Shown here piece after piece: positions 1 to 11,625 of a DNA stretch of 64,000 nt. The DNA is from Eledone cirrhosa. Its lineage: Eukaryota. Within the stretch, counting starts at the first letter, position 1; each line of letters begins with the position of its first letter. The position numbers and the translations under genes are program-made. The stretch covers positions 66,712,001-66,776,000 of the forward strand of contig OZ024746.1 of NCBI GenBank assembly GCA_964016885.1, read 5' to 3'. A model generated the notes under the pieces. The model saw only the letters and a list, made by a program, of their open reading frames with translations, was not told the origin of the DNA and did not search any database.

Positions 1-1720
1 GTGACTTGTAAAATCTCAATAAATCAACTAATAGAGGAGTAATTATTAATGTTTCTTTTCTTGAATTATTACTGCATTAAATATTTAACACAACTTTAAC
101 ATTATGCTTAATGCAGATAGCGTAGATGGATAATTTATTGTTAGGTATTTATTCACCAATTCGGTACAAATTTCTACATATTTTGAGCGATTTTGTGCAC
201 AATACGTCCTCAAATACGATGGGAAATATCCATTTCCGAGAAGGTCTGACATAATTTATCCATGCCTAGATTTGTCTTCCATATTCTCTGAAATTTTTAA
301 TTTATTTCTTCAATTAATAATGCTGTTTCGTCAATTAATGTTTGTATACTAGCTTTAAATATTCATTACCTTATATATGCTTGCCATAATATAACAATTG
401 CTTTTAATATTGAAGGTGAATCCGAGCATTTTATCATCTTTCTCTCTTTGCTTTCTGTTGCTGATGTATTTCAGATACTATTGTTCTATCGTCAGCGCAT
501 ATTTATATATATATGGAGTAATATTGCTAATAGCAAATGAACGTTTCCTATAAGATTCATTATACCACCACGTAAACGCCACTGTTTAGTAACTAACTAA
601 ATACTAAATGTTTACGCCATTCCTTTTGATCACAGAAACTATTCACTCACAAACACCAAACATAGCAAAACGAACACACAAATTAAAATGTCTCTACAAT
701 AATCCTTATAGATAAACTGTATCTTATCTAAACAAACATCAACTGAATCCTTAGAGGAGGTGTACTTAAAATTGTGTCACCTCTTTATAATATATAAGGT
801 ATCTAAAGTCATGGAGTATTTTACATGTTTGCTATTACAGTCGGTAGATACATTGATCAGCCAACGTATCTTCACTTGGATAATGATTCCATTTTTTCCA
901 GCCATCAAATACTTATTAGCTAATTTAGCGTTTAAATTGTCTCCCGTAGCCTATCCCGTTTATCTTCCCCTGGGCATCTTCTCTGTTTCACTATTGTTGT
1001 GTATTTCCCTTTTAGAGTAAACTCACACATGCAATATAGCATTAAGCAATTCTTACCATCCACTGAAAAGTGTCACCGATATATATTTATTTGTATCAAG
1101 CCGTATATTACAGGCAGTAAATGTATACTTAGAATCGTTGAGTGATATATGTATGCATATATTGCTCAATATATATGCATACATATATTGTGCGTGTGTA
1201 CATACTTGAGTTTGTGCTAGTCCGTATTAACTTCTTTGTACATATATGTATATGTACAGAATAGAGACAACCGTGTCGACACAAATGTCTATATAATTAC
1301 ACATTAGTTGTATATGGACATGTAAACAGAGAAATATGAGTTTGTCCCTTGTAAATTGAAATAATCATTGATACCTTTATTTATTTTGGTTCTTCATCGT
1401 CCTATGTATATAACGATATTATTTTCTTATATCTATATATGTATATCAGAATATATGTATCTCTTCTCCGCTCTAGGGCATCTGATCTTTCACCTCATCT
1501 GTTTAAATAGATAAATCCATATAAATATGTAAATAAAAAATAGTGATTCAAAGTAGTAACAACTTATAGTCAGATGGAACAATGTCAAGATACAGACACG
1601 AAATCGCCTTACCTTTGGCTTCATTTTACAGTTTCATTTACATTTCATTCATTTCGTGATTGTTCTATTATATATATATAGGTGTGTGTGGGGGTGCGTC
1701 CGTGTGTGCGTGTGTGCGTG

Positions 1721-1734
1721 TGTATGTATGTATA

Positions 1735-1784
<50 letters not shown>

Positions 1785-1912
1785 TAAAATAACAGATTAA
1801 AGTTTAAGCAAAGAATCGCTGCTTTCATATATATGTATATATATATACTGTATATATATATACATACATATACACGCACATATATGTATATATGTGTGTG
1901 TGTGTGTGTATG
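1721..1912. repeat. (TA)n/(TG)n compound microsatellite
   Basis: Dinucleotide runs visible directly. Confidence 0.95.
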
Positions 1913-2299
1913 TTATACAAATGTATGTTTTATCTTCGCAAATAAGACTTTGAACTACAATATCTTGAAAACCATTTCCTATGATGTCTGTGTGGTGCTG
2001 TTTTTCTGCATCAATATTTCATGATTCAACTCGAAATGGTCTAACGTAGTTCTTAACAATGTCGTTTTCATTGTAGATTCTTCAGTTAAGTTGAAAAGAT
2101 TTTATGCGACTGTCTGTTCCTATTAACATACTGTTTAAGCAAACCGTTTCGAGATTGCCATTACTCCGGCTATGAAAGCGTTCCTCTTGCTATAATGACG
2201 AAAATGATAAATATTTTAAAAATAATATTAATAATAATTATCTTTATTTGCAATGGCTTCTTCATAATAATAATTGTTATTCTTATTCCATTAATAATA

Positions 2300-2483
2300 A
2301 TAATGGTTTCTGATTTAGGTGGAGGGAAAGTCGATTAATCGACCTCCAGTGCATTTTTGGTACTTTATTTCATCGATACCGTAATGAAGAAGGGCAAAGC
2401 TAACCTCGGCAGGATTTTAACTCAGATCGTAAAGGGGCGTAACACTATGCCATAAAGCATGTTGTCCGACGTTCTACCATACT
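2300..2483 (-). mobile_element. tRNA-derived SINE (family S, Meta-domain-like), diverged copy
   Basis: Reverse complement matches the copy at 2541-2738 (GAGTTxAAATC B-box, CTTT..CATxxT..GGxxTCGATxAAATAAAGTACC core); flanked by AAT repeats. Confidence 0.8.
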
Positions 2484-2540
2484 GAATAATAACAATAGTA
2501 ATTGTTGTTGTTATAATAATAATAATAATTATTATTATTA

Positions 2541-2738
2541 GGTGGATTGGCAGTATCGGTAGAGGGTGGGACGCCATGCTTTGACGCATAGAGTTACGGC
2601 CCTTGCCATTCTGAGTTCAAATTCCACCGAGGTTAACTTCACCATTCATCCTTATGGGGTCGATAAAATAAAGTACGAGTAATGTACTGGTGAATTGCTG
2701 GCCTTGTGCCAAAAGTAGAAACAATTATTATTATTATT
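2541..2738 (+). mobile_element. tRNA-derived SINE (family S) with (ATT)n tail
   Basis: A-box-like TGGCAGTATCGG, B-box GAGTTCAAATTCC, core CATCCTTATGGGGTCGATAAAATAAAGTAC resembling the MetaSINE domain, 3' GGCCTTGTGCCAAAAGTAGAAAC followed by (ATT)n; at least 8 copies in the window. Confidence 0.85.
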
Positions 2739-5700
2739 GTTCTTTGAGTCTCAGTCATGGATATTATTTAACTGGAATATCAAGTTGCTACCTGCAGCTT
2801 CAGATATTCAGGACGTATGGGAGGGTTCTTGCTGTTCCCAGCAAGCATGCCTTTTGAAGTTTTCAAAAAGCGGGGCTGGACTAATCTTCTTTAACCATCC
2901 TTGGAAACTTTTTGAGATAGTACCTAGTTCGCATATGACAATCGGGACGATCTTGATTTCATGGCAGTTCCAAATCCTTTTTAACTCCGACTTTAAGTCC
3001 TGGTATCGGTTAATTTTCTCCCTCTCATTTTCTTGCAATCTCGTGTCAAATGGGCAGGCTACATCTACAATCAGGCACGATCTTTTTTCCTCGTCCAAAA
3101 CCACCAGGTCAGGCCTATTGTGTTCTAATTTCTTGTCCGCCTGTATCCTAAAAACCCATAGCACCTTCACCTGATCGTTTTCTATCACCGACTTCGGCTT
3201 ATGCTCATACCACTTCTCAGAATGTGGTAAATTGTTTACTTTGCATAGATCCTAGTGGATCACCCTGCCCATCACATCATGTCTTTATAGTGAGTCTGGG
3301 CTAGGTGTTTACACTCGGATACAATGTGAGATCCTACACGGTGAGCTAGCCTCCTCCTTGTCAATATGGTGTTTCACCCATTTCGTTCTGAGGGCTTGCT
3401 CTTGCGCAGCCATTGGCATTCCTTCTCTGGATTTTTTAAGGTCTCCATTTTTATCCAGTTCCATGTCTGTGGATCTCTAAATTCAGTTTTTCTAAAGAAG
3501 GTACTGTTAAGGGGTTTTTCAAGAAGTCTGCTCTTCCTCCATGTTGTTAGTTCCTCCTTGGACATCCCCTGGTCTATTGTCTTCTCCTTCAGTACAATTT
3601 TGAGCATTGGCTCCCTACTGTCAGACATATATTTGCAGGTTGTTTTTCTCCATCTGAACACAGTACTCTATGCTGATAAGATCTCTTCCACCTTCAGATC
3701 TCTTTAAGTAGAATCTATCGACATCACTCCTCTTGTGGAACATGTTGTAGATAGTCAATAGCTTCCTAGTCTTCCTATCCATTTCTTTTTGTTCAGCAAC
3801 ATTCCATTTCAGAATTTCCGCACTGTCCCTAATAATAGACAGAGCTCGGCAATTCTCTGCACTTATGACATTCCTACTATTTAGATGTGATTTTAATACA
3901 CTCCTTACTCTCCTTATGTACTCAGATTTTATCGATTCCTTCATTTTTTTTTGTTCTTGATGTCATCTGCTTCCAGAACACCTAAATATTTGTATACCTC
4001 TTCAGTGTCAATTTTCTTTATCATCTCACATGTTGGTACCTGGATTCCGTTGCTTCTGCTCAATTTCCCCCACTTCATCACTAGGACTCCACACTTATTA
4101 ATACCAAATTCCATACATATATCATTGCTGAAAATACGGACAGTATCAACAAGTACATCAAACTCCTTATCATTTTTCCCAAAGAGCTAAAGATCGTCCA
4201 TGAAGTTGAGGTGGTTTTCCCAACTTGTATCCTGCTCTCACTTTTCGCAATATAACGGTTAAGGGTATCAGGGCAAGGACAAACAGCGGAGGGGTACACA
4301 CTATCTCCCTGGAAGATACCTCTCTTGATCATCACGCATCCCAATGATTCTTGACCCGATGTTAACTCTGTTTCCCAGGACTTCATACTTTTGCTCCACA
4401 ACTGTCTGATGTTATCTGCCACCTTGAACATCTCTAGGCTTTTGGTTATCCAAGAATGAGGTACCATGTCGAATGCCTTTTTGTAATCTATCCATCCCAT
4501 GGCAAGACCAGTGTGCCTCCTCTTGCAATTCTTCATTACCATCTTATCAATAAGTAACAGGTCTTTTGTACCACGGGACTTCTTTCGGCATCCTTTCTGT
4601 TCGTTCGGTAACAAGTTGTTTATGTGGAGGTGATGGTAGATTTCCTCAGACACAATGCTTGTTAACAGTTTCCACATTACGGACAGACATGTGATAGGCC
4701 TATAGTTGGTAACATCATTACCCTTTATTCGGTCTTTCATTACCAGAACTGTGGTAACTTCACCCGACATCAAGCAGTCATTGAACATGGTTGTCAGTTT
4801 CGGGTGGAGGGATGTTACATTTTTAATCCAATACCCTTGCACACCACGTGGGCCTGCTGATTTCCAGTTGGTTAGTTTTTTGGCCTGCCCTTCAAGAGTT
4901 TCAACTGTGATACTCAAATCAGGTTGTTGGTGTGCTTTTTCACTAATCCCCTTCTGACTATTATGTTCAATATCATGCTCCCATATTCCTCTCCAGAATG
5001 TCTTAGTCTGTTCCGCCTCAGGGATCACGTCGTTGCCTCTTTCTTTCCTTTCAAGGTGTCCAAAAAACATCTTCTGGTTGTAGTCAAACATGCGGTTCCG
5101 TTTATAATGAGTGACTCTGTTCTCAAACCGTCTAATATTTGCAGTTTTTTGCTACAATGCGTTGCTTCAGTTCCTCTATGATAATATTTAGCTTTTTCCC
5201 CATATTATTGTATTTTATTTCAAATCTATCTTTAGTGTCTATGTTTTGTAATGTCCCATTCAGTAAGGACTCAAGTTTTCCAATGTCTTTTCTCATTTCC
5301 TTGATTTGACCATTCAGTCGTTTCTTCCACCAAGGTTCTGATCTTTCTTGTTTGTTGTTTCCTCTAGTTTTTATGCCGCATTTGCGGTTGCTTTGAGGAT
5401 ATTGTTGCATTGGTGAAGGTTCCTCGCCTCAAGGTATGGGATGACTTTGTTTACCTTAGCTCTTGTTTGTTTTAACTTTTTCCTGTCTACAAATCTTAGG
5501 TTCATAGGTTTTCCACTATCATTGTTAATTTCATCTACCACTAAATTCAGGATATCAACCAAATCTTGTCTTAAACCGTCAGCATTCATTTCCTCAATGG
5601 CCGTATATTTGTTCCAGATGTTATTTATTTCAGCATTCAGATCATTGTCTGCTTCGGATGTTTCCTCAGCTCTCTCAACCTATTCACCTTCATTTCCCAC

Positions 5701-6296
5701 TGGCTCGTTTGCCTGACACACTCCACTCTCTATTTCCAACTTAATCTCTCTGCTCAGTTCCTCCAGTTCCAACTCGCTTATCCATCCATTAGTTCTTATT
5801 ACCCAAGCCTACCCGACCAATTTTTGTTCAGCTAATTGAAATAGACCAATCGCGTTCCAGATGTTATGCATCCGTTTCCTATAGCCTTTTTCCATGGGGT
5901 TACTCTTCTGGAAACATTTCATGACAGTTCTATTCAATTATTTCGTCCAGTTGGTTCTTGACCCTTTCCTTCTTCCTCCAACACCAGCAGTATTTGGATG
6001 ACACCCAGGTCCCTGCTGCTGGGCCAGGGTACACTTGCTGGGGGAGAGTCTTTCACATGACGTCCCAGTCTCCTTTCCACCGTTATTCTAACTGTTTAGG
6101 TTCGACATTTAAACACTCATATCGAGGATTGGTGAATGTATGGTTACATAAACACCGGTCATTTCATCACCCCCGGTGGTTTTAGCGTGGCACCATCACG
6201 CTGTAGACGAACATAAATAAATAAACGAACATAAATCAATAAAAACATAAAAAAATAAACATTAGTTTCATCGTAATGTTTGAATGTCTGACTTGG

Positions 6297-6298
<2 letters not shown>
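2739..6298 (-). mobile_element. R4/Dong-clade non-LTR retrotransposon (RT + restriction-like endonuclease), near full-length, degenerate
   Basis: N-terminal WT..N..VM.C...GYRKRM..IW motif (~5860-5950); RT motifs YRPITCL, EQKGCRKKSRGTKD, WIDYKKAFDMVPH, GIFQGDS, FMDDL (~4190-4205); HIVSEC zinc-knuckle remnant; RLE motif RPDLVVLD..IVDVACP..EK..RY.DL; both ends abut (TAA)n. Confidence 0.9.
2790..6120 (-). pseudogene. Fragmented single ORF of the R4/Dong element (RT-RLE)
   Basis: ORF pieces 5371-5589, 5132-5410, 4081-5091, 3621-3944, 3374-3661 and 2808-3188 are collinear parts of one protein broken by frameshifts and stops. Confidence 0.88.

Positions 6299-6330
<32 letters not shown>
6299..6330. 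repeat. (ATT)n microsatellite separating the Dong and Tx1 5' ends
   Basis: TTA repeats directly visible. Confidence 0.95.
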
Positions 6331-6544
6331 GAATGCCATGGTTGACGGAGGCTCGGCTCTGTAAGGTATAGTAATTTTTAACGTTATAACAATTGTAAAT
6401 TGTTTAAAACTTGAACCAAATTGTAGATAAAGACACCCTCCTCGTCGTGAGGGTATCTCTGCCCGTTATTTGGTCCTTCGCGGTTAAATAACCAGTTTTT
6501 GGGGTTCTGTACCCAATATTCATTTTAAACAGTAAAAAAATAAC

Positions 6545-8720
6545 ATGGCTACTAAAGAGAATTTTCACAAGTCACTCCCACTCCTTCCGTCTTCTTCTTC
6601 CTCAATCGTCATTACGTCAGAGAAAAGATTCTCTCTCTCCTTCCATTCTCTAAATGAGGTGTCGCCTCTGTCGCCTCTTTCGCAAGCGACGCCATTAAAG
6701 AAAAAGAAAAATGTAGTTTCTCGTAGCGTTCTTCATCAAGAGAAGCGCGTACCGTGGAACATTTCTCCATGACAACGACAACAACGAAAGATGTGTGCGG
6801 TAAATACGGAAAGCCATTTCATTCGTCTCACGTCATGAAGAATAGCAGCAGCAACCGTTATTACAGCAGCAGCAGCAACAGTGGCGAGGAGAATACTAGT
6901 AGCAGACGCAACAACATCAGCATAAGCATAAACAACAACAGCAGCAGCAGCAGCAACAGCAACAACAACAGCAGCAGCAGCAACAACAACAACAACCACA
7001 GCAACAGCGGCGGCAACGGTCGTAGTACCAGCAGCAACAACAAAATTAACAGCAGCTCTGACGACAACAACAACAATATCAAGAAAGTAAACCAATCTCG
7101 TTTGCAGGTATCGCAAAGAACCTGGAAACCATCCTTATAACAAATGAGTAATTACAGGAAGCAAAGAAGATGGTGACGAAAACCAGACACCGAGCAATCT
7201 GCAAGGCAGCCGAAGAATTTTTCGAAACCCAACAGCACTGTACGGTCACGTACCGTACAGTAAGCACAAAATCACGTAGGGTTGAAAGAGCCACTGAGGC
7301 TCAAATACAAATAGCCTTAGCGTCTGTGTGGCAGCGGAAAACGCATATCACTCGAGGCAAGTAATATGCCACCGTGGATGTGCTTTTTGTCACACACCAG
7401 GAGGCAAAGGCTCAATCCTTAGTGACCCTAAGGAGCGAGAAAGTGGTTTTGGTGCCCTCCTACTGCGCGCAACAAATTGAGAAGGTCAAACTGACCCCCC
7501 CCCCCCTCCGGGATGGCCCTTCTTGGCTGGCCGCGCCTGTTCTCGTCGGAATCGAGGACAAAACAACGGTACTGCAAGTGCAGAAAAAAGTACGAGAAGA
7601 TTGGGTCGGCGCCTCCATTGAGATGTTAATTCAAACCAACCAGGAGTGCATCGAAACTATCTCGGATGTGATAGACTTCGATAACGGCACTCAACTTCCC
7701 ATAAGTGTTGAGGGCAAATGCCCGAAATGCTTTCGCTGTGCGTCGAAGACTAACCTCAGGGCCTTCTGCAATTGGAAGACCCTGAGAAAGGAGAAAACGC
7801 CCCAACTTCCGAAACCGGCTCCACTGCTACCAGCGAGAGGAGAGGCGGCAAGCACGAGGGATAGGTCCGTAGCACCCATACCCACGCCACGGAAATCAAG
7901 AACAGCAGCAGCAGCAGCAGTGGAAGTATTAACAACAATAACAGTAATACCAACTGCAGCTGCAACAGAGACTCCACTGCAACCATCACCAACAAAAACA
8001 AGTGAAATAGTGGAGCTGGTACCCCTCCACGACCTCACAGAATCGGACATGGAGTGTGAGGTTGGTGAGGGATGGCAAAAGGTCGCAAGAAGGCACAAAC
8101 GCAGAAAACAGCGCATCGTCGCCTTCGAAAAGGGAAGAAAGAAATGAAAAAAGGGTAAAGGCTACTGCAAAGAGACTCACAGCAGCAACACCACCAACAC
8201 CATCAACACCCACACTATCACCACCATCACCACCGGCGGCAACCCCACCGCCAACAACAACAACACCTTCAACAACACCACCACAAGCAGCAACATCGCA
8301 AACACAACAACAAAACACACACACCCAGCAACAACTACAAGAAAATAGCAGAACCACACCCCACCCCCAAAAAAGAAATGCACAGTAATAAATACACACA
8401 ACAAGAAACTAATGACTTACATAATTGAACACACAGACATTTCACAGCACGAATACATAATACCAGCACCAATCAAAACACCAACGAACATAAGACTGGT
8501 AAGAATAGCACAGAAACAATACACAAACATTAAAACGAAATTCCCCAACGCAGTTGGTGATTTCAGAGACATAGGACGGACATTCAACCGGAGAGTATAT
8601 TCGGATATACCCACAGAAGAGCCGACGACCAGCCGAAGGGACGATTCAACGGTCCCATCACCACACGATCAAGTGAAAAGGGATGGAGAAACTTTCCTTC
8701 CTCTACGAGAAGTAAGGTAA
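6545..8720 (+). pseudogene. ORF1 (gag-like, CCHC knuckle) of Tx1-A copy 1, disrupted
   Basis: Fragments 6545-6772, 6754-7140, 7170-7364, 7374-8147, 8056-8388 and 8412-8720 align to ORF1 of copy 2; knuckle is CFRCASKTNLRAFC (His lost). Confidence 0.85.
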
Positions 8721-8754
8721 GTGGTATTTCCCATCTTTTCCACTCCATTTCAAC

Positions 8755-9038
8755 ATGACTTCACTCAGAATAGGCAGCATAAATGCGCGTGGCTTGGTGT
8801 CGTCATGGAAGCAGGGCCACCTGCTCAACGACCTCAGGTCACTAAACGTAGATGTAGTGGCCATCAGCGAAACCAGAATCTCCGAAGCACGGGCCTTCGC
8901 ACCGATCTTCGGCGGGTACGACGTGTACGCATGTCCCAGCCGTCCTGGATCGGGGGGAGGATTTGCTGTGCTTTTTCGGAGAGGTTTGGATCTCGCCATA
9001 CGGGCCATCTTCCTGAACCCAGAAGGTAAGTTGATGGT
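8755..9038 (+). pseudogene. Truncated ORF2 N-terminus (AP endonuclease) of Tx1-A copy 1
   Basis: SINARGL, VAISET and GGG.AVLF APE motifs; nearly identical to 16850-17133. Confidence 0.88.
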
Positions 9039-9256
9039 CAGGGTAACCGTGGCTTTTTTTAATGGGCTTTCTCCACGAATGTCCCTCGGAAGCCTCCCCC
9101 CTATTGTATCTTTTTTTATTACAACCTCTGTTTTTGTTTTCTTTTACACGCAGAAATGGCCATTTGTACCGTCCTGTATTGTCCTGTATTGACCTGTACT
9201 GTCCTTAATGTCTTACTTTGTGTAAACCCTTGTGGTTTATAATTATTATTATTATT

Positions 9257-9455
9257 ATTGGCAGTATCGGTAAGGGTCGGACGCCATGCTTTGAAGCATA
9301 GAGTTACCTCCCTTTATGATCTGAGTTCAAATCCCGCCGAAGTTAACTTTGCCTTTCATCATTACGGGGTCGATAAAATAAAGTACCAGTAATGCACTGG
9401 GATAATTGCTGGCCTTGTGCCAAAAGTAGAAACAATTATTATTATTATTATTATT
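9257..9455 (+). mobile_element. SINE family S in (ATT)n between two Tx1 elements
   Basis: Matches 2548-2738; (ATT)n on both sides. Confidence 0.88.
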
Positions 9456-9661
9456 GGTCTAAGCGGACGAGTTTTGCTCGCTCACAGTAAGTCGCTTTAT
9501 TTGCCTGTTAAAATTATTTGTTGTTAAATATTTCTTGTTGTGTAAGGGATATAAGCCCTTAGCCTTTGCCCCGTGAAGGGGAAAATATAATATTTGGGCC
9601 TTTTAGCCCAAATAGTTAAACTTTTTTTTACATGTTAACAAATTTACGAAGAAAAAAATAC

Positions 9662-11590
9662 ATGGCTGAGCCACGCCCCCCAACGATATGTCGGCTCTCG
9701 TGCGACAACGACGTAGAATTAATAGGAGCGCTACAGCGAAATTAACACACATTGATAACACAAACACGGTAAACAAAGACACCAATTATACCAATAAGAA
9801 CACTAATTTTGAAAAAAAATGACAGTAACAGCGACAACAAAAATACAGATAACAAAAAAAAATAAAACAAATACAACAATATCAACACCACTAACATGAA
9901 AACAAATAGCGACAACACCAACAGCAACAATACCAGCTGCACCGAGAACAACGGTGGCAACAAAGACAACAATGATAACAATGACAGTGCTAACAACAAC
10001 ACCAACAAGAACAACAACAACAAAACTCCCAACGAAAACAAGAAGAACACTTTCACTGCGGCAGCCACAAAAAAGAGGCCATGCTTCAACATGGACCTCT
10101 CAAACAAAGATGAAAAGTTTGCCCAGACAAGGAAGCTCATCAAGCAAGAGCAAACTTAACTGTCCCGGTAGAAGCTATTGAGACAGTGGAGCGCAAAACG
10201 GTGCATTATAGATGCATCTCAGCACAAACCAAAAGGGCAGCGTTAATCCCACAAGAAGATATCGATGTCGCGCTGAGGTGCATCAGAGAACACACCAAGT
10301 ACATAGAGAGCGGCAGACAGTACGGCACCATTTCGGTGTTGTTCAAGTCAGAAGCCCTCGCGATGAAACACGCCATGCCTCCTTGCAAAACCAGCAAGGT
10401 TATAATGTACCCCTCCCACATGGGAAAAAGAACAGCCCGTCTCCGCATTCCCAGAATCCCACCAGGACTTGACATGTGGTGGCTTCTGGGATGTGTGATT
10501 GTGGAGGGGACGGATGCAGTCCCTATAGAAGTGACCAGAACGGCCAGAGAGGACTGGTCCGGGGTTGACCTGGAGATCCTTCTCCAGATCAGGCCCGAGT
10601 ATGTGAAGACAATCCCAGACCATATCCGACTTCAGAATGGGACTGTCATTCACATTATAACCGAAGGCAAAAGGCCGCAGTGTTTGATTTGTAGGGAAAA
10701 AACCCATTTGCGAGCCTTCTGCCCTCAACTGTTGAAAGGGGCAAGGGGTCGAAAGGCTCCACTGCTGCCGACGCCGGGGCGAGGACCACAACCAACACCT
10801 GCACCGGCAAAACCAACAACAACAACACCAATAGAAAAACTACCACCACCATTGACCACCCAGGGGGGAAACGAAGAAAGCTGTCAAATTCCCCCTCCCC
10901 CCAAGAATACACACACCAATACAACCTTAAACATACATACAAACACACTTACAGACACAGACCCCTCATCTACCAGTAGTTAAGATGAGGGAAATCCAAA
11001 ATCCCCCAAAATACAAAAAAGGAAACACAAAAAGAAAAAAAAAACTCAACAAAGCACAAAAGCACCCACAATAAAAAAACGCAGACACCTTCCACGCAAC
11101 CATCTCTCCAATAACACCAACATCAACACCACCATCACCATCACCAGAATCCCCCAACCGCAAACAACCGAAACAGACGCAAGAACAAATATACACACAA
11201 ACATCTGAAACCACAGACACCGCACTCACAACAAACACAGATACAACAGAAACAACGCCACCAAAACCATCACCACCACAGCCACGCAAACAAATAAAAT
11301 CACACCAACAAAACATACAAAACTTCGTACTCGTCAGGAGGGCCAACAAGGAACTGATGGCCCTCGTAGCACGAAGTGAAAATATACAAAAAGAGGGGGA
11401 AATGTTTAAAAGATTTGGTTCTGGTGCGAATGTCGCTCGACATATTCAAAGAAATACGAGACAGCTTTCCTCGGGACATAGGAACCCCAAACGTAAAACC
11501 CACTTGAAGACTTTTAAAGGGGTTCCCAAAAGAAACCCCACTAACTATGGAGGTCGAACAACCCGACCTTCACAAGAGTCCGGAAGGTAA
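9662..11590 (+). pseudogene. ORF1 of Tx1-B, disrupted
   Basis: ATG at 9662 in ACATGGCT context like family A; pieces 9896-10159, 10186-10983 and 11357-11590; CX2CX4HX4C knuckle. Confidence 0.8.
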
Positions 11591-11625
11591 GTAAACCTTC
11601 CTCTCTCTCTGTTTAACCTGCCAAC

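Larger units (their letters stand above)
6331..9240 (+). mobile_element. Tx1-clade (L1 group) LINE, family A, copy 1; 5'-complete, internally deleted (most of ORF2 missing)
   Basis: Same 5' end as 14518 (GAATxCCATGGTTGACGGAGGCTCGG); ORF1 homologous; ORF2 begins MTSLRIGSINARGL, then jumps at ~9035 to sequence matching the 3' UTR at 20305 onward; ends in (ATT)n. Confidence 0.9.

Noticed and set aside
455-500. Minus-strand hammerhead-like CTGACGA..GAAA..ATC
   Set aside because: First stem I pair is mismatched and stems II/III are marginal; could be chance
2050-2092. Minus-strand CTGAAGA..GAAA with 5-bp stem I
   Set aside because: Position 17 would be G and stem II is only 2 bp
6060-6298. HDV-like ribozyme in the Dong 5' UTR
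   Set aside because: Only simple hairpins seen; no nested double pseudoknot could be built
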